A stretch of 64,000 nt of DNA, from contig NC_087437.1 of NCBI RefSeq assembly GCF_036321535.1, positions 120,716,001 through 120,780,000 of the forward strand. The letters are read 5' to 3'. The number at the start of each line of letters is the position of its first letter. The stretch's first letter is position 1. Position numbers and translations under genes: made by a program. Shown here piece after piece: positions 1-13,109 of the stretch. Below the pieces are notes generated by a model. That model saw only the letters and a list, made by a program, of their open reading frames with translations. It did not search any database and was not told the DNA's origin. The DNA comes from Camelus dromedarius (Eukaryota).

Positions 1-3000
1 GACAGGTGGGATGGGGCTGGCACTGGGCTCTGCCTGCGGTTGAAGTGATCCCCAATGGTTGGCTTGGAGCTGGACCCCCAAGATCACACTCCTGAAGTCC
101 AGGAGTCCAGCACAGCCCTCAGACTGCCTTCCAGAAAGATGAGTCTCACAGCACAGGGTGTGGGCTCCGTCAGGAGGGGCAAGATCCAGTGCAATCGCAG
201 CCCTGCTCCCTCCTCCGCACCCAGGGCAGGAGCGGACGGGGTTCCAGGCCCTGAACCAGGAGGCTGTGCAGCGCACGGGGTGTCGGGGTACAAGGAGACA
301 CTCAGTGGCCCTAAACAGGGGTTGGGGGTCGGGGTGGGGGGGGCTGCCGCCTGTTGCCAGGCAGGTCCATCCTGTTTGTAAAATCTCAGGCCCTTCCAGG
401 GACACATCTGGAGGATGAGGTTCTCCTGCCATCAGCCACCTGGCCCAGACGTGATGCCAGAGATCAGAGACTTACAAGGACTCCAAGTGCTGTCCGTCCC
501 TGGAGTCTGCCCTCGCCCAGGCCGTACACCTGCCCCGAGGGCTCCTCAGCCCCTCCCAGCTCAGTCACTACACAGGGCCAGGAAGCCTCTGGAACATGGC
601 TCCCCCACAGACTGTTTAAACTGTGATCACTCACTGGTAAAGAATTCCAATGCTGTCTCTGATCGCATGGTCGGTCCCACCTGCCCAGGACGCTGTAAGA
701 AACCTGACCCACTGGGCCAGCCCAGGGCCGTGGAAGTACCCTCCACCCTGTGGAAAGTGGGGAGGTAGCTGCCACCTCCAGAGACCCTGCCATCAGGACA
801 CAAGCCTGGGGCTACGCTCCTGGTCTCAGGATGCCGTCTTCAAGCCCCAAGACAGCCATCCCTCCTGCTCAGCCCCCTTTTCTGCTGCTTCCAACCAGAA
901 AATCAGGGGTGGAGGCCAACCTGCCATGTCTTCTTCGCTAGTGAAAGATCTGGTGCCGGAGGAGATGGGTGCTGAGGGCCCCAGTGAGGCTCAGTGTTCA
1001 GGGGAGTGTGTCCTGCCACAGGGCCACCCCTGGGGTCACACAGGAGGGACTCCGGGTTTGGAAGGGCACCCTACCCTCAGGGAGGTACCTGGGCCAGAAC
1101 AATTTCCTGGGCCCTCGCTGCCTGTTTCTCTGGGACAGCCCGTGCATCTCCGGGGTCCTCGGGGCTGCGATGGCGCTGAGTCAGGACAGCTGTACGGAAC
1201 GCAGGTCCTCCTGCTGGGTCAGTCTCCTAGACGCACGCTAGAATCTGATGACTGCCTAGCTGGGGCGGGGACTGAAGGAGCGGGAAACAAGCCCCCACCC
1301 ACCCAGACCACGCAGCAGAGGGCCCCAGGGGGGAAATCCGCTTTACTACCCCGAACAACACTGTTCCCTCTTTTAGACTCTTTGAAATGCCTTTTCCTGC
1401 CCTGAGCCCAAGGGGATTCTGACTTCTGTCACAATCACTGGTTAGGAGATCAGCGGTGGGCTCTCCCCAGGTCTCCAGGAGGCTCCTCTCGCTGGTAGGA
1501 TGCAGGCAACCCGTGAGGACTCGGGGCGACCTTCCTGCTGGTCCCAGAACACACACACAGAAACGGTCGCTCCCCCACCCCAGGCGGGCACTGAAAAACG
1601 GTCTGAAGGTTGAAGGCCACCCTCGTTCAGGGCCTGGTAGCCGGCAGAGTGGACCCCTCGAAGAGGGGGCCGTCTGGGTCTCCAGGGTTGGGGGAGGTGG
1701 GAGGGGGGCTGGGAAAGGGACCTTGGGTCTCAATCAACAGCTGGTTCCCAGGTCCCGGGGGCCTGCAGAGCACAGCTGGTTACCCCACGCCACCTGGAGA
1801 GGCAGGAGCGCTGGCTGCGTGCTCGCTCATCTGCTCTGGCTGGGCCTGTGTTACCAGCTCCCTCCCAGCCAGAAAGCGACAAAGACAGGTTCTGCCCTTT
1901 AGGAGCAGGTAGTGGAGGGGCTGCCCCCGGAGTGGGCAGCGGCTGCCCAAGGCCCCAAATGGAGGATGCAAGGAGCAGCCGGCTCTGACCCCCGCCAAAG
2001 ACAAACAAAGCCAGACCCCAGTCAGAGGCGGCAAAGGCAGGTTTCTTCCATGACAGCTGCTGCAGGAAGCTGAGCCCAGCATCCCCAGACCCGGGCAGGA
2101 GGCTCTCGGAAGGCGGGCGCCCTGGAGGGGAGGCACAAGGGTGAGGTGGGGGCCACGTGACCAGGCCACCCGGGTGGGCTAACTGGACGTGCCCAGAGGT
2201 ACCCTGAGGGCAGGAGGCAGTGGTGCACTGAGCAAGGCGCCAGAGGTTGGGCCCTGACCTCCCCAGGGACGGGACGGGGAGAGAGTGAGTGTCTGCTCCC
2301 TGGTCCTGGAGAGACGGCCCTGGGCGGGGAGAGGTACGTCTGAAGGGCAGAGAAGGACTCATCACCAGGAGTGGCCAAGGTAACTGCTCTGAGAGGGGCC
2401 CCTGCCTGTCACCAGGTCTGGGCTGGGACGAGCAGGAAATTCACCTGGCAGCACTGAGCATGTTGAGGGGCCCGGGGTGGCCCCAGGGCAGCGCCTTGAA
2501 CAGGCAGGTGCTACAGCTGGTCAGTCTCACAGTCTCTAGGATCTGATGACTGCCCTTAAGGGTTTGGAAGGAGCCCTTTGTTCCAGAGTCTTTGCAGATG
2601 TCACCCCCCTGCAGGAGGAGCTAGGGGGACACATGCCAGCTTCCCTGCCCCTCACCCCCCAGACATCTTGGCTGCTCCTGGTGTGGCCCCAAGGGGCCCA
2701 GAGCCCCTGAAGCTGGGGTCAAGAGAACTGGAGAGCAAAGGAGAGCCATCCTGCACAGAAGCTGCCAGAACTTGGGAGGGTCCTGGAGGGTGGCAGGCCA
2801 GTGACTTTCGAAGGGGAATCTCACAATGACACTGGAAGTCCCCAGCAGCGCATGACCCGTGTATCACTCTACGGGAACTGTTCCAAAGGCCTGGGGTGGG
2901 AGGGTGAGGGATGAGTGGGGTGGTTTTGAAAGGAAGCCCCAAGATGAACTTTCAGAAGGAAAAACAGCTTAAGGAAAAACAGAGCACCACCAACAAAGTG

Positions 3001-4193
3001 ACCATTTAACCAAGTGTCTGAAACATACCGAAAGACATCAAGAACAGTGAAATAGACGCCCAGGTGCCTGTCCCCAAACACTGCAGCCTCACGCGTCTCA
3101 CCCATCCTGCCCAGTGGCCTTGTGCATTTATCCCTAAACAGTAACAGCTGAGACTTCCATGGTGATCTTGTGGGCCTGGCCCTGTTCTGGGCAATTCACA
3201 GGGGTACTTGCTTAAGGTCACATCAACCCAGGAGGAAACACTAACACGCAGAGAGTGACAGCGGAGAGAGCGTGGCCAGCCAGCGGTCAGCCTGGACCCG
3301 CCGCCTCTGCCCTCCCCCACGGCCCTGCAGGGTGTTATCCAGGTGGGCGGGATGGGGAGCGCATGGAGCGGTCACTCTGCTTCTTGTTTGTCTCTTTCAG
3401 TGTTCTGGGGGGAGGGGGTGATCATGCAGGCGGTGCAGTCCATCCTTGCCACCCCATCACGCTTCCTTGGGTGACCATCTCGAGTCCGTCCATTGCCCAG
3501 TTGGACCTACAGGTGTCCCGTGTTTGGCTGCAGTGCTCTGTGCCGCTGTGACTCTCCCGTCCACGTTCCTCTGTGCTCTGGTCCTGCTCTGGTCGGGCGC
3601 ACGTTTGCAGCGGGAATGGGTGCATCTGGGGAGGAGGAGGCCCTGCTTTCTCGGGTCCTACCTTTGTCTCCCCAGGCAAGTGCGTTGCCGCACACCCCGC
3701 TGCGCGCAGGGGTCTGAGTGGTTCAGCCCTCGCCTGGCTGCGGGCGCTTCCTCCGCAGGGCTGTGGGGACATCCCTTGGTCTGCCGTGGTGTTGCCGGCC
3801 TTTTCTTTCTGATTCCTAAGCATTCTCTATATACGTCATACGCACGGATTTGGGGTTGATTTTACACATTATCAAAGCCTTCCCGTTTCTGGTTTGTTCT
3901 TCCCTTTACGTTTGTGTCTCTGATGTGTAGAACTTTCTCGTTTAATGGCTCTGCGCGCACGCCCTGTCTCCTCTGTGCTTTGTGCACTCTGTGTCTCGCT
4001 ACGAAACCCTTTCCCTTCTTGAAGTCACAGCCGGTTCGCTTACATTTTGTTCTGAAAACCGTAACGTTTACTTTTCATTTGGGACTTTCGTCCACCTGGA
4101 GCTAAGTTGGAGGTGGTGTGGGAAACAGAATTAAATATCCCGTTTTATTTCAGTTACACTTTCTGCCTGGGGAACAGGTTGTCTTAGGACCTC

Positions 4194-4314
4194 TTTGCGG
4201 GGGGTGATTAGATTTATTTATTTGTTTGTTTATTTTTAACGGAGGTGCTGGGGATTGAACCCAGGACTGTGCATGCTAAGCACGCGCTCTACCCCTGAGC
4301 TGTACCCTCCTCCC
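4194..4314 (-). mobile_element. tRNA-derived SINE (camelid vic-1-like)
   Basis: Reverse strand reads GGGAGGAGGGTACAGCTCAGGGGTAGAGCGCGTGCTTAGCATGCAC...GGTTCAATCCCCAGCACC then an A-rich tail; Pol III A/B boxes present. Confidence 0.88.
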
Positions 4315-4718
4315 AATCTAATGTCAACATAGCTACATATTACTTTTTTTTGCTTAGTGTATAATTTTTCCTTTCTTTTAACCTCTCTGTGTCCTTATAT
4401 TTGGGAGTTTGTCTCTTATATCTCTTGCAAACAACATGTACTGGTCAATTTTGGTTTTAATCCAGTAAGAAAATAAATGCCTTTCAACCAGTGAGCTTCA
4501 TGGGTTTTAGGACTCACTTTATTTTTACCACTTTTCAGCATTTTCTGTCTCTTTCTGCCTTCCGGTTAAGCTTCCTTCCCCAACTCTCCCTCCTCTACAA
4601 GGTATTTTTATTCTTTGAGTGGCTACTCTTAACACACATTCTTAACGTGATTCGTCCTGAGGTTCAGGGGCACGTTTGCCTCTCCTTCCAACCAATGCAG
4701 GAGCTTAAGTCAGTGTTC

Positions 4719-4844
4719 GGGGTGGGGCGGGGGGCTACAGCTCAGTGGTAGAGCACATGCTTAGCGTGCACAGGATCCTGAGCTCAAAAATAAACCCAAT
4801 TACCCCCCCAAAACAAAAAAACAAAAAATAGTTTTTTAAAAAAA
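4719..4844 (+). mobile_element. tRNA-derived SINE (vic-1-like), internally deleted
   Basis: ACAGCTCAGTGGTAGAGCACATGCTTAGCGTGCAC head, damaged B box, AATTACCCCCC and A-rich tail; AGTGTTC on both flanks. Confidence 0.82.
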
Positions 4845-5099
4845 GTGTTCACACCTGCTCACCCCTGAATACTTCCCAGCATTTGAGGTCTTTCCCGTTT
4901 TTACACCCAAAGTCACTGTTGCTATTTTCACAGATTTTGCTTCCAGTTTTGCTTCTGGCAATGGACTAGCGAGCCGAGCCGCCTAGACAGCACCCCACAG
5001 CACCACCACAAGCCACGTCTCCCTCCGTCCGAAGGTCCGGCCCGGGCAGCTCTCTAACCTCTGCCCACTGCCTTCGGGCTGCGGCGCGGCGGTGCGTTT

Positions 5100-5503
5100 C
5101 CACTGTGCAGTCACACTGGGCTGAGCCACTCAAGAATCAGACCTACGATGCTCCCTCTAGCAGCCCCTCGGGACTTAGGGAGCACCCCCAAGGGGCCAAG
5201 GGGGGCTGGGGGGGGGTCAGGTGACAGAGGCAAGACGAGGGTCTGGACCACGGTCTGTGTAACTTCTCGTGCTCGAGCTTGGTCCCAAATGTCCCATTTC
5301 CATCATCCAACAGACCGTGCTGCGCCCACCCACCCTTGTCTTTGTTGCAGAAACTCTTATACATCCTGGCTCCTCCCTGCCTCTTTGGAGCCGTCCCTTA
5401 GATCTGTCTGAGAGGCCGCCTACCCGGGCTCGAGTCCTCAGGAAATCCACAGAAGAAAATGTCACTCTCAACTCGCAGGCTGTGCAATTTGTTTTAGTTG
5501 GCA
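5100..5503 (+). mobile_element. ERV1-type solo LTR (MER41-related), 5' boundary uncertain
   Basis: 5335-5503 aligns by eye with the reverse complement of 23231-23410 (gtctttgttg...atcctggctcctccc...tctgagagg...gtcctcag...actctcaact); ends in CA. Confidence 0.65.
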
Positions 5504-8009
5504 CTGTGATGACAGTGCCCCATGTTAGCACATCCCCACTGCCTCGGTGAAGAGTGTGGGAGCCTCTGACCTCCCTGGGTCCACTAGTCAGATGGCGGGT
5601 TCTCTGGTTGTACAGAGAACCTGATCCAGCTTTTCCCCTCCTGAGCTGTCTGGCCCCTGCCCTTACCACTCCACTGAGGCAGTTCTGTGCTCCATCGGCT
5701 ATGTGGTGTCTCCACGACAACGACTCAGGGACCACCTCCACAGCAGGGCAGGGCCGCTCCGTGCACCTTTCCCAGCTCGTCAGCAATCCCGGCCTGGGAT
5801 CACCTGCGGGACACCTGACTCAGGTGGGGTCTCGCAGGTCTCCGGGTACAGGGTCGGGGTGGGGGAGACACTCTCCCTCGCAAGGGAGAGGGAGGCTGCT
5901 TCTGCTGGCCCGGAGGGCGGGGAATTTGGAGCTGGAGATTTGCGGGCTTGTCTAGTAAGATTGTCCCTCCTGAGTCTCTCCTGAGTCCCATTCCGACCGC
6001 ATGCCTCGTCCTCTGCAAAGGAGACCCGTCAAGGTCACAGGACTGCCTTGCGGCTCTGCCTTCCTCATGATTCAGGTGACCACAATCCCAATTTTCCTGA
6101 GACAGTCCTGGGTTTAACCCTGGAAGTCCCACATTCTGGAAACAAAACCCTTCAGTCTCAGGCAGTTGTCACGGGACAGTAAGTCACCAGCTTACAGTCA
6201 GATCCTGGGCCTGATTTTCAGCGCAGGCTGATGACAAGTGGGGTGACTATCAGGGACAGAACCCAGAGCCACCTGAAACCAAGCCCCAGCTGGAACCATC
6301 GTCATTTAAATCAAGGAAACGTCTCTTAAATAACACTGTCTTCAAATAAGGGGAACTTGAGGACCCCAAGAGTGAGCAATAGGTGGTTTCATTTACTTTA
6401 AAAATGCAGAATTAGGAATTAACTAATGGACAGGGAGTGAGGTTGGGTCACTGAAGACCTGAGGTTAAACTCATCTGGGGGACTCTCCTGTGTCCCGGGC
6501 CCTGCGCTCCTCTCACTGATAGGCTGAGTTTCCAGCAAGGATTCAGAAGTCATCTGGGGACACAGACAGGGCAAATAGAAACACAGGGGCCTATTCTCAG
6601 TGGTCACACTGTGGTCCTGCCCGGAGGCCTTCATGGGTGGAGGTGTGCCCACATCCTGCAGCCCCCCACCCCTGGCCTTCCTGCCATCCAGCTGGAGCCT
6701 CCATTGCCACACAACCCACTTAGAGGCTGGCCCAGATGACTGGCCACTTAACAATGCATGACCTGGGCTCCAGCCAGGTGCAGGTGGCCCAGGGAGGATG
6801 GAACTCCGCAGTCTGTCCAGCAGGGCCGGGGGCCCTGGAACAGCATCTGCTTTACGTCTCCCGGGGCGAATGCTCCGCCCTGAGCTTTGTCACAGGCTTC
6901 TCCTGTCCTGGGGCTTGTCTGTAGCCTAGCAGGCGTCAGGGCCTGCACACGCACAGAGCATCAGGACAGAGCCCAGGCTGCGAGGGTGAGGCTGCTGTGT
7001 GTGGCCTGTCTCCTGCTCAAAGGCACCAAAGCGCGTCAGCAACCCACACGGGTGGTTTCCATCTTCCGCGCTCTGAGCGTACCGGCCCCAGCGCAGGCTG
7101 CGGGGTCTGACACTCCAACCCTGCAGGCCGTGGTTCGGGGGACCCCAGTGGATTTGGATCGCAGCTCCCAGGCCGACAGGGAGGGGCTGTCGCTGTGCCT
7201 CTCAGGTTCCAGAGTGGCCCCTGGTTTGAGTCCAGCCTCCCCTTGCAGGACTGCTGTGACCATCACCGGCCAGAGCACCTGCTGTCCCCTCAGGGCCCCA
7301 GCGAGCCATGCTCTTCACCCAAGCCCACGGATGGCACTGTGTCTGAGTCCTTAGTCATCACAGAGCAGAGCCCACACTCTGGGGTCTGTGACTCACGGCA
7401 CTGGCTGCAAGTGACAGGGACATGCTAACGGTGACCTAAACCGGGAGTAGTTTGCCCACAGTGAGAACACAGCCAGGTCCGTGCTGACCTGCTCTGCAGC
7501 CGGCCAAGGCCAAGGCCAGAGCCTGCACCTCCCTGGCCAGCGTGTCATCTGCCTCGGCCACCCCGGCTGGAAGGCGGCTGGCAATGTGCATGCTTGGCTT
7601 TCTAGCATCCAAGGTGGAGGCGGGGACAGGGCAGCTAGGGTGTCAGCCAGCTGCCCCCCAGCCTGCAGAAAGCCCTGCACTTGCGTTGGGCTGCCCGGGG
7701 TGGGGGGCCAGCTTTAGGAGCCCAGGGCGCCGGGGCTGAGCCTCCAGCCGTGGAAGTGGGTCCCAAGCGCACTGGCTGGCGAGGTATTTGGGAAGTGAGG
7801 GGCCTGTGGGCCCAGGACCCTCTGGTAAGTGACTGCAGTGACAGCTACCCGAGAAAGACGGGCCTGCAGCAGGTGCCCTGGTCAACACACATCATCCTCC
7901 AGGGACACAGGGGCCCAGCCTCTGAGAAAAGGGCCTGCCTGCTCTTAGAGAAAGTCTCTAAGGCATTTCTATTTTTTTTTCTTTTTTCAATTGTTGTTAC
8001 CTATTTAAA

Positions 8010-8328
8010 AAAATTTTTTTATTGAAGTGTAGTCAGTTTACAATGTTGTGTCAATTTCTGGTGTACAGCACAGTGTTTCAGTCATACATGTACACACATA
8101 TATTTGTTTTCAGATTCTTTTTCAGTACAGGTTACTACAACATACTGAATACAGTTCCCTGTGCTGTACAGAAGAAACGTGTTGTTTTTCTATTTTATAT
8201 ATAGTAGTTTGTACCTGCAAATCCCAAACTCCTAATTTATCCCTTCCCTCCCCCTTTCCCTGACTGGTAACCATAGTTTATTTCCTATGTCTGTGAGTCT
8301 GTTTCTGTTTTGTAAATAAGTTCATTTG
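8010..8328 (-). mobile_element. L1 3' end, 5'-truncated
   Basis: T-rich tail then ATTGAAGTGTAGTCAGTTTACAATGTTGTG...; reverse complement resembles the L1 3' ends at 19990-20225 and 42205-42370. Confidence 0.85.
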
Positions 8329-8774
8329 AAGACATCTCTTAATTATAAAGAACCTCGAACTCATCTGGTTTTATTGGTAGGATGTCTGACTGTGTATAAA
8401 GTTCAGGTGAGAAAAATCATTCCCAGGAGGGTTCTTAAGTGATAGGAAAGATTAATTTCCGTCTGTTTAGTTTCTCTGAGTAGTTAATGCATCCACTGTA
8501 TAACCCGGTGTGCGTGGAGGGGTCCCGGTCTCCTCGGACCTGCCCACGTGTCTCCCTCCCCGACTCCCTGTGTGCGGGCAGGCCCGGCGGCCACGTGTCT
8601 CCTCTGCATAGTGCTGTGAAGACGCTGGCATTTCGAGGGACACTGCCAGTTCGTCCCCGGCCCCAGATGCTGCTGCCTCTAAGCCTCCGCCAGCAGCAAG
8701 CGTGAGACCCACTTCCTGCTAAGTCCCCCATTCAGTGTGTCGTCAGACCTGGATTTCTGCTGATTTGATGGGTG

Positions 8775-9370
8775 TGTGATCACAGAAGATTTTCACTGGC
8801 CTCTGGGTTCCTTGTACAGAGCTTCTGCGACCCTTGTAAATTCCTCAGTGACAAGAGAACTAGGAGCATCTTTTGTCCTAGAGAGGTGACTTGGGGGATG
8901 AGGGGGTGGGGAGGGATGGGCGGGGGGCTCCTGGATGGGGGCCAGTCTCAGCAGGAAGAGCAAGGCTGGATTAGAAGCTTGGAACTTTCAGCCCCGCCTC
9001 CCATTCTCTTGAAAAAGAGGGGCTGGAAGTGGAGTTAATAACCCACCATGCCTCTGTGAGGAAGCTTCCACGCAATCCCACTGGCAGCGGTTCAGAGAGC
9101 TTCCAGGCTGGTCAACACATCCCCGTCCCAGGAGGGGACACACCCCAGCTCCACAGGGCCCGAAGCCTCTGGACGTGGGCCCTCCCAGCCGTGGCCCTGC
9201 GCATCTCCTCCTCCGTCCTCTGCGTCCTTCATCATGTCCTTTACTAAACTGGTAAAGGCGTTCCCCCAGTTCTGTGAGCCAATCCAGCAAACCAACTGGA
9301 CCCAGGAGGGGCCACGCAAGCCTCCGATTTGCAGCCAAGTCGGACAGGAGTCGTGGGTCACCTGGGGAAT
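8775..9370 (+). mobile_element. LTR, MER21-like
   Basis: Recalled MER21 blocks: GATTAGAAGCTTGGAACTTTCAGCCCC, GGTTCAGAGAGCTTCCAGGCTGGTCAACACATC, AGTTCTGTGAGCC. Confidence 0.7.
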
Positions 9371-9384
9371 GGGTGCGGTTCCTG

Positions 9385-10290
9385 TCTTACCTCTTTTTAT
9401 TGGGTTATTCTTATTCCTCTTGATTTTTAGGAGCTCTTTATGTATCATATATTAGGAAGATTAATCCTTTGTGATATGTTACCATTTTTTTTCAACTTGT
9501 CTTTTGGTATTTTTTTTCCAGGCACATGTTTTAATTTTTATGCAAATTCATCCACCTTTTATTGTTTGGTCTCTGGATTTTGACACATATTAGAAAGGTC
9601 TTCTGCACTCCAGGATCATTAAGAAATTTGTTGTGTTTTTGTCTAAAAATTTCACGGTTTCACTTTCTACATGTAAATCTTTGATCTCCCTGAGGCGAGG
9701 ATTTAATCCGATCACTTTCTAGTTGGGTACTTAGCTGTCCCAACACAATTTATTAATGTCTTTTTTTTAAATAGACTTTATTCTTTTAGAGCAGTTTCAG
9801 ATTCACAACAGAGTTGAGCAGAAAATACAGAGTTCACCCATAGCCCTCCCCACCCACGCATATATACTCGCCTACCCTCAGCATCCCTCATCAGTGTGGC
9901 ATATTTGGTACAATTGATGAACCAACATGGGCACATTATTATCAACCGAAGTCCACGGTTTACATGAGGGTTCACGCTTGATGTTGTACGTTCTATGGGT
10001 TTTGATAAATGCGTAATGACATGTAGCTGCTGCTATAGTATCATACAGAATAGTTTAATCGCCCTAAAAACCCCTTGTGCTCCATCTATTCACCCCTCCC
10101 TCCCTCTCCCCAGACCCCTGGAAACCATGATCTTTTTATTGTTTCTGTAGATGTGCCTTTTCCAGAAGGTCCTTTGGCTGGAATCGTACAGTTTGTAGCC
10201 TCTTCAGACTGGCTTCTTTCATTTAGTAATAGGTCTTTTAAATTTCTTCTATGTCTTTAATGGCTTAATAGATCTTTTTTTACTGCACAT
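9385..10290 (-). mobile_element. Old L1M fragments (L1MC-like 3' end at 9770-10290)
   Basis: TTTTAGAGCAGTTTCAGATTCACAAC...TGCCTTTTCCAGAA...TGGCTTCTTTCATTTAGTAATA motifs of antisense L1M 3' UTRs. Confidence 0.75.
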
Positions 10291-10404
10291 ATATTTTTTA
10301 ATTTACATATATGTACTGTTTATTCTTTTCAAGAACGTTTAGAGCTTTAGCTTTTTAAACTTACATAGTTATCAAAGAAATAAAGCCAACCAGAAAATAA
10401 GAAT

Positions 10405-10925
10405 TCATTCAGAAAGATACATACACCCTGCTACTAAGAGCAAGATTATTTATAATTGCCAAGAAATGGCAGCATCCTAAGTGCACATCAATAGTTGAAT
10501 AGACAATGGAGATGCAGCACATGTATATGCAATGGAATACAACTCACCCATAAAAAAGAGGGATACTTTGCCATTTGTGGCCCTTCATTCATTCATTTTT
10601 TTCTTTCACTTCAAAAACCAGAATTTTATAACTGGCAGAGACGTTTCTGTTACATCAAAAACAACAGAATACCTAGAAATAAACTTAACCAAGGAGGTTA
10701 CCTGTATTCTGAAAACCGAAATGACACAAAGAAATGGAGAGCTTTCTTGTGCTCTTGGATTGGAAGAATCAACACTATCAAAATGGCCACACTGCCCAAA
10801 GCAATCCAGACCCAATGCAACCCCCACCAAAATACTCACGACACTCCTCACAGAACTAGAACAAACAATTCCAGAATTTATAAGGAACCACAAAAGACCC
10901 CCAACAGCCAAAGCAATCTTATGTT
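10405..10925 (+). mobile_element. Two L1 ORF2 fragments in permuted order
   Basis: 10405-10580 resembles the ORF2 C-terminal region; 10645-10925 encodes YLEINLTKEV, CSWIGRINTIKMATLPKAI and ELEQTIPEFIRNHKRPPTAKAIL, the region following the RT domain, with frameshifts. Confidence 0.85.
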
Positions 10926-10929
10926 GACC

Positions 10930-12800
10930 TCTTTTTTTTTTTTTTCTCTTTCTTCTTTCTGTTCTCTTTTCTTGTGGTTTGATGACTTAGAGAAGGTCCT
11001 TCAACATTTGTTGTAAAGCTGGCTTGGTGGTACTGAAATCTTGTAGCTTTTGTTTATCTGTGAAGCTCTTGATTTCTCCCTCAAGTCTGAAGGAGAGCCT
11101 TGCTGGACAGAGTGTTCTTGGTTGTAGGTTTCCCCCTTGCATCACTTTAAATATACCGTGCCACTCCCTTCTGGCCTGCAGAGTTTCTGCTGAAAACTCA
11201 GCTGATAACCTTGTGGGAGTTCCCTTGTATGTTATTTGTTGCTTTTCTCTTGCTAATTTTAATATTTTCTCCTTATTCTTAATTGCTGTCAATTTGATGA
11301 CTGTGTGCCTTGGTGTGCTCCTCTTTGAGCTGATCCTGTGTGGAACTCTCTGCGCTTCCAGGACTTGGGTGACTGTTTCCTTTCCCAAGCTGGGGAAGTT
11401 TTCGGTTACTATCTCTCCAAAAATTTTCTCAGGTCCTTTCTTCTCTTTCTGGGACCCCTTGATGTGAATATTAGTGCGCTTCATGTTGTTCTAGAGTTCT
11501 CTTAAATTATCCTCATTCCTTTTTTTCTTTTTTTCTTTTTTCTGTTCTGCAGCAGTGATTTCCGCTAGTCTGTCTTCCAGCTCACTGATCTGTTCTTCTG
11601 CCTCATTTAGTCTGTTCTTGGTTCCTTCTGGTGTGTTGTCCATTTCAGTGATTTTATTCTTCAGCTCTGTTTGGGTATTCTTTATATTTTCCAACTCTGC
11701 TAAAAACTTCACTCTGTGCGTCTATACTCCTCTTGAGTTCTCTGAACATCTTGGCCATCATTACTTTAAACTCTTTCTCAGATGAATTACCTATCTCCTC
11801 ATCACTTATTTCTTCTTCTGGGATTTTAGCTTGTGCCTTGGCCTGGGAGATACTCCTCTACCACCTCATATTGTCCATCTTTCTGTGTGTTTGTGGATTT
11901 CCTTCCACAGACTTTGGGATTATTATTTTCTTATTTCTAGCGTCTGCCCTGGTGGATGAGGCTGGACTAGAGGCTTATGCAGGTTTTCTGACAGGAGGAG
12001 CCAGCGCCTGCCCGCTGCTGGGTGAAGCTTGGTCCTGGACCTCTAGTGGGTAGGGCTGTGTCTAGAGGCCTCTGTGGCTCAGGAAGTCTGCTGATGGGTG
12101 GGGCTGTGTTCCCACTCTATATTGTTTGGCCTGAGGCTTCCCTATAGGCTGTTGGGTGGGGCTCGGTCTTGGTGCTGATGATCCAGTCAAGATCCTCAGC
12201 CTCCAGGAAAGCTCATGTAGATTAACACTCCTGGAATGTCCACCACCAGCTTTTATGTCCCCTGAGTGAGCCGCAGCCATCCCCCATGTCCCTAGGAGAC
12301 CCTCCAAATCCAGCAGGCAGGCCTGGCTCAGGTTCCTATGAAATCACTGCCTCTGCCCTTGGACCCGGTGCACGTGAGTTTCCGTGTACACTTCTCAAGC
12401 GAATGGAGTCTCCATTTCCCCTTGTCCCATGAGGCTCCCAGAGCCAAGCCCCCCTGGCCTTCAAAACCAGATGTCCTGGGGTCTCCTTCTCTCCCCAGTG
12501 CCGGGACCCGAGCTGGGGAGCCCGACGTGGGGCTCAGAGCTCTCACCCCTGCGGGAGGGCCTCTGTGACTGAACTGTCCTTCGGCTTGTGGGTCGCCCCT
12601 CCTGGGGCTTGGGGCCCCATTGTATCGCGAGCACGCCCCTCCCACTGTCCTGCTGTGGTTCCCTCTTTGTTTCCAGTTGCAGAAGGTCTTTTTTGCTAGG
12701 TTCCAGTCTTTTCTCGATGGTCGTTCAGCATTCAGTTGTGGTCTCGTTGTCGCGAGGCGAGGCGAGCGCTGGTCCTACCGCTCCGCCGTCCTGACGGAAC
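10930..12800 (-). mobile_element. L1 5' UTR + disrupted ORF1 + inter-ORF spacer
   Basis: ORF 11491..11712 (coiled coil, EEQISELED) and ORF 10987..11484 (ENFPSL, EAQRVP, TPRH, AREKQQITYKG, LQARREW, PALQQMLKDLL) are L1 ORF1p; the GC-rich 5' UTR runs to ~12800. Confidence 0.93.
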
Positions 12801-13109
12801 TCTGCCGACGCCTTTACGGCGGCTCTTTTTCAAGTCTCTGATGAGCTCCCCCAAAGCCCCGTCACGCTGGCAGTGACTCTGTTTGAGAAGGAGGTCCCAA
12901 GTGGACAATGGCGATGAGCGCTCTCCTTTCAGTGGCTGGATTCAGTGGGGAAAGTACGCGTGAGACCCTCAGCGTGGGTTAAGTGCGGACACACGGAACC
13001 GCAGAAGTCAGCGCGCCGGGGCAGGAGCACAGCCACACGGCCACACGTCGCCTGGGCGGGCGTGGGCAGGGGGCAGCGGGCACGGAGCGAACAGGAAAGT
13101 CTCTCTGTC

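Noticed and set aside
55..7900. Many overlapping ORFs of up to 251 aa in the GC-rich left end
   Set aside because: Pro/Gly/Ala/Arg-rich, no recognisable domain, present in all six frames; expected from stop-codon scarcity at high GC. I also saw no exon of the usual upstream neighbour AGPAT3.
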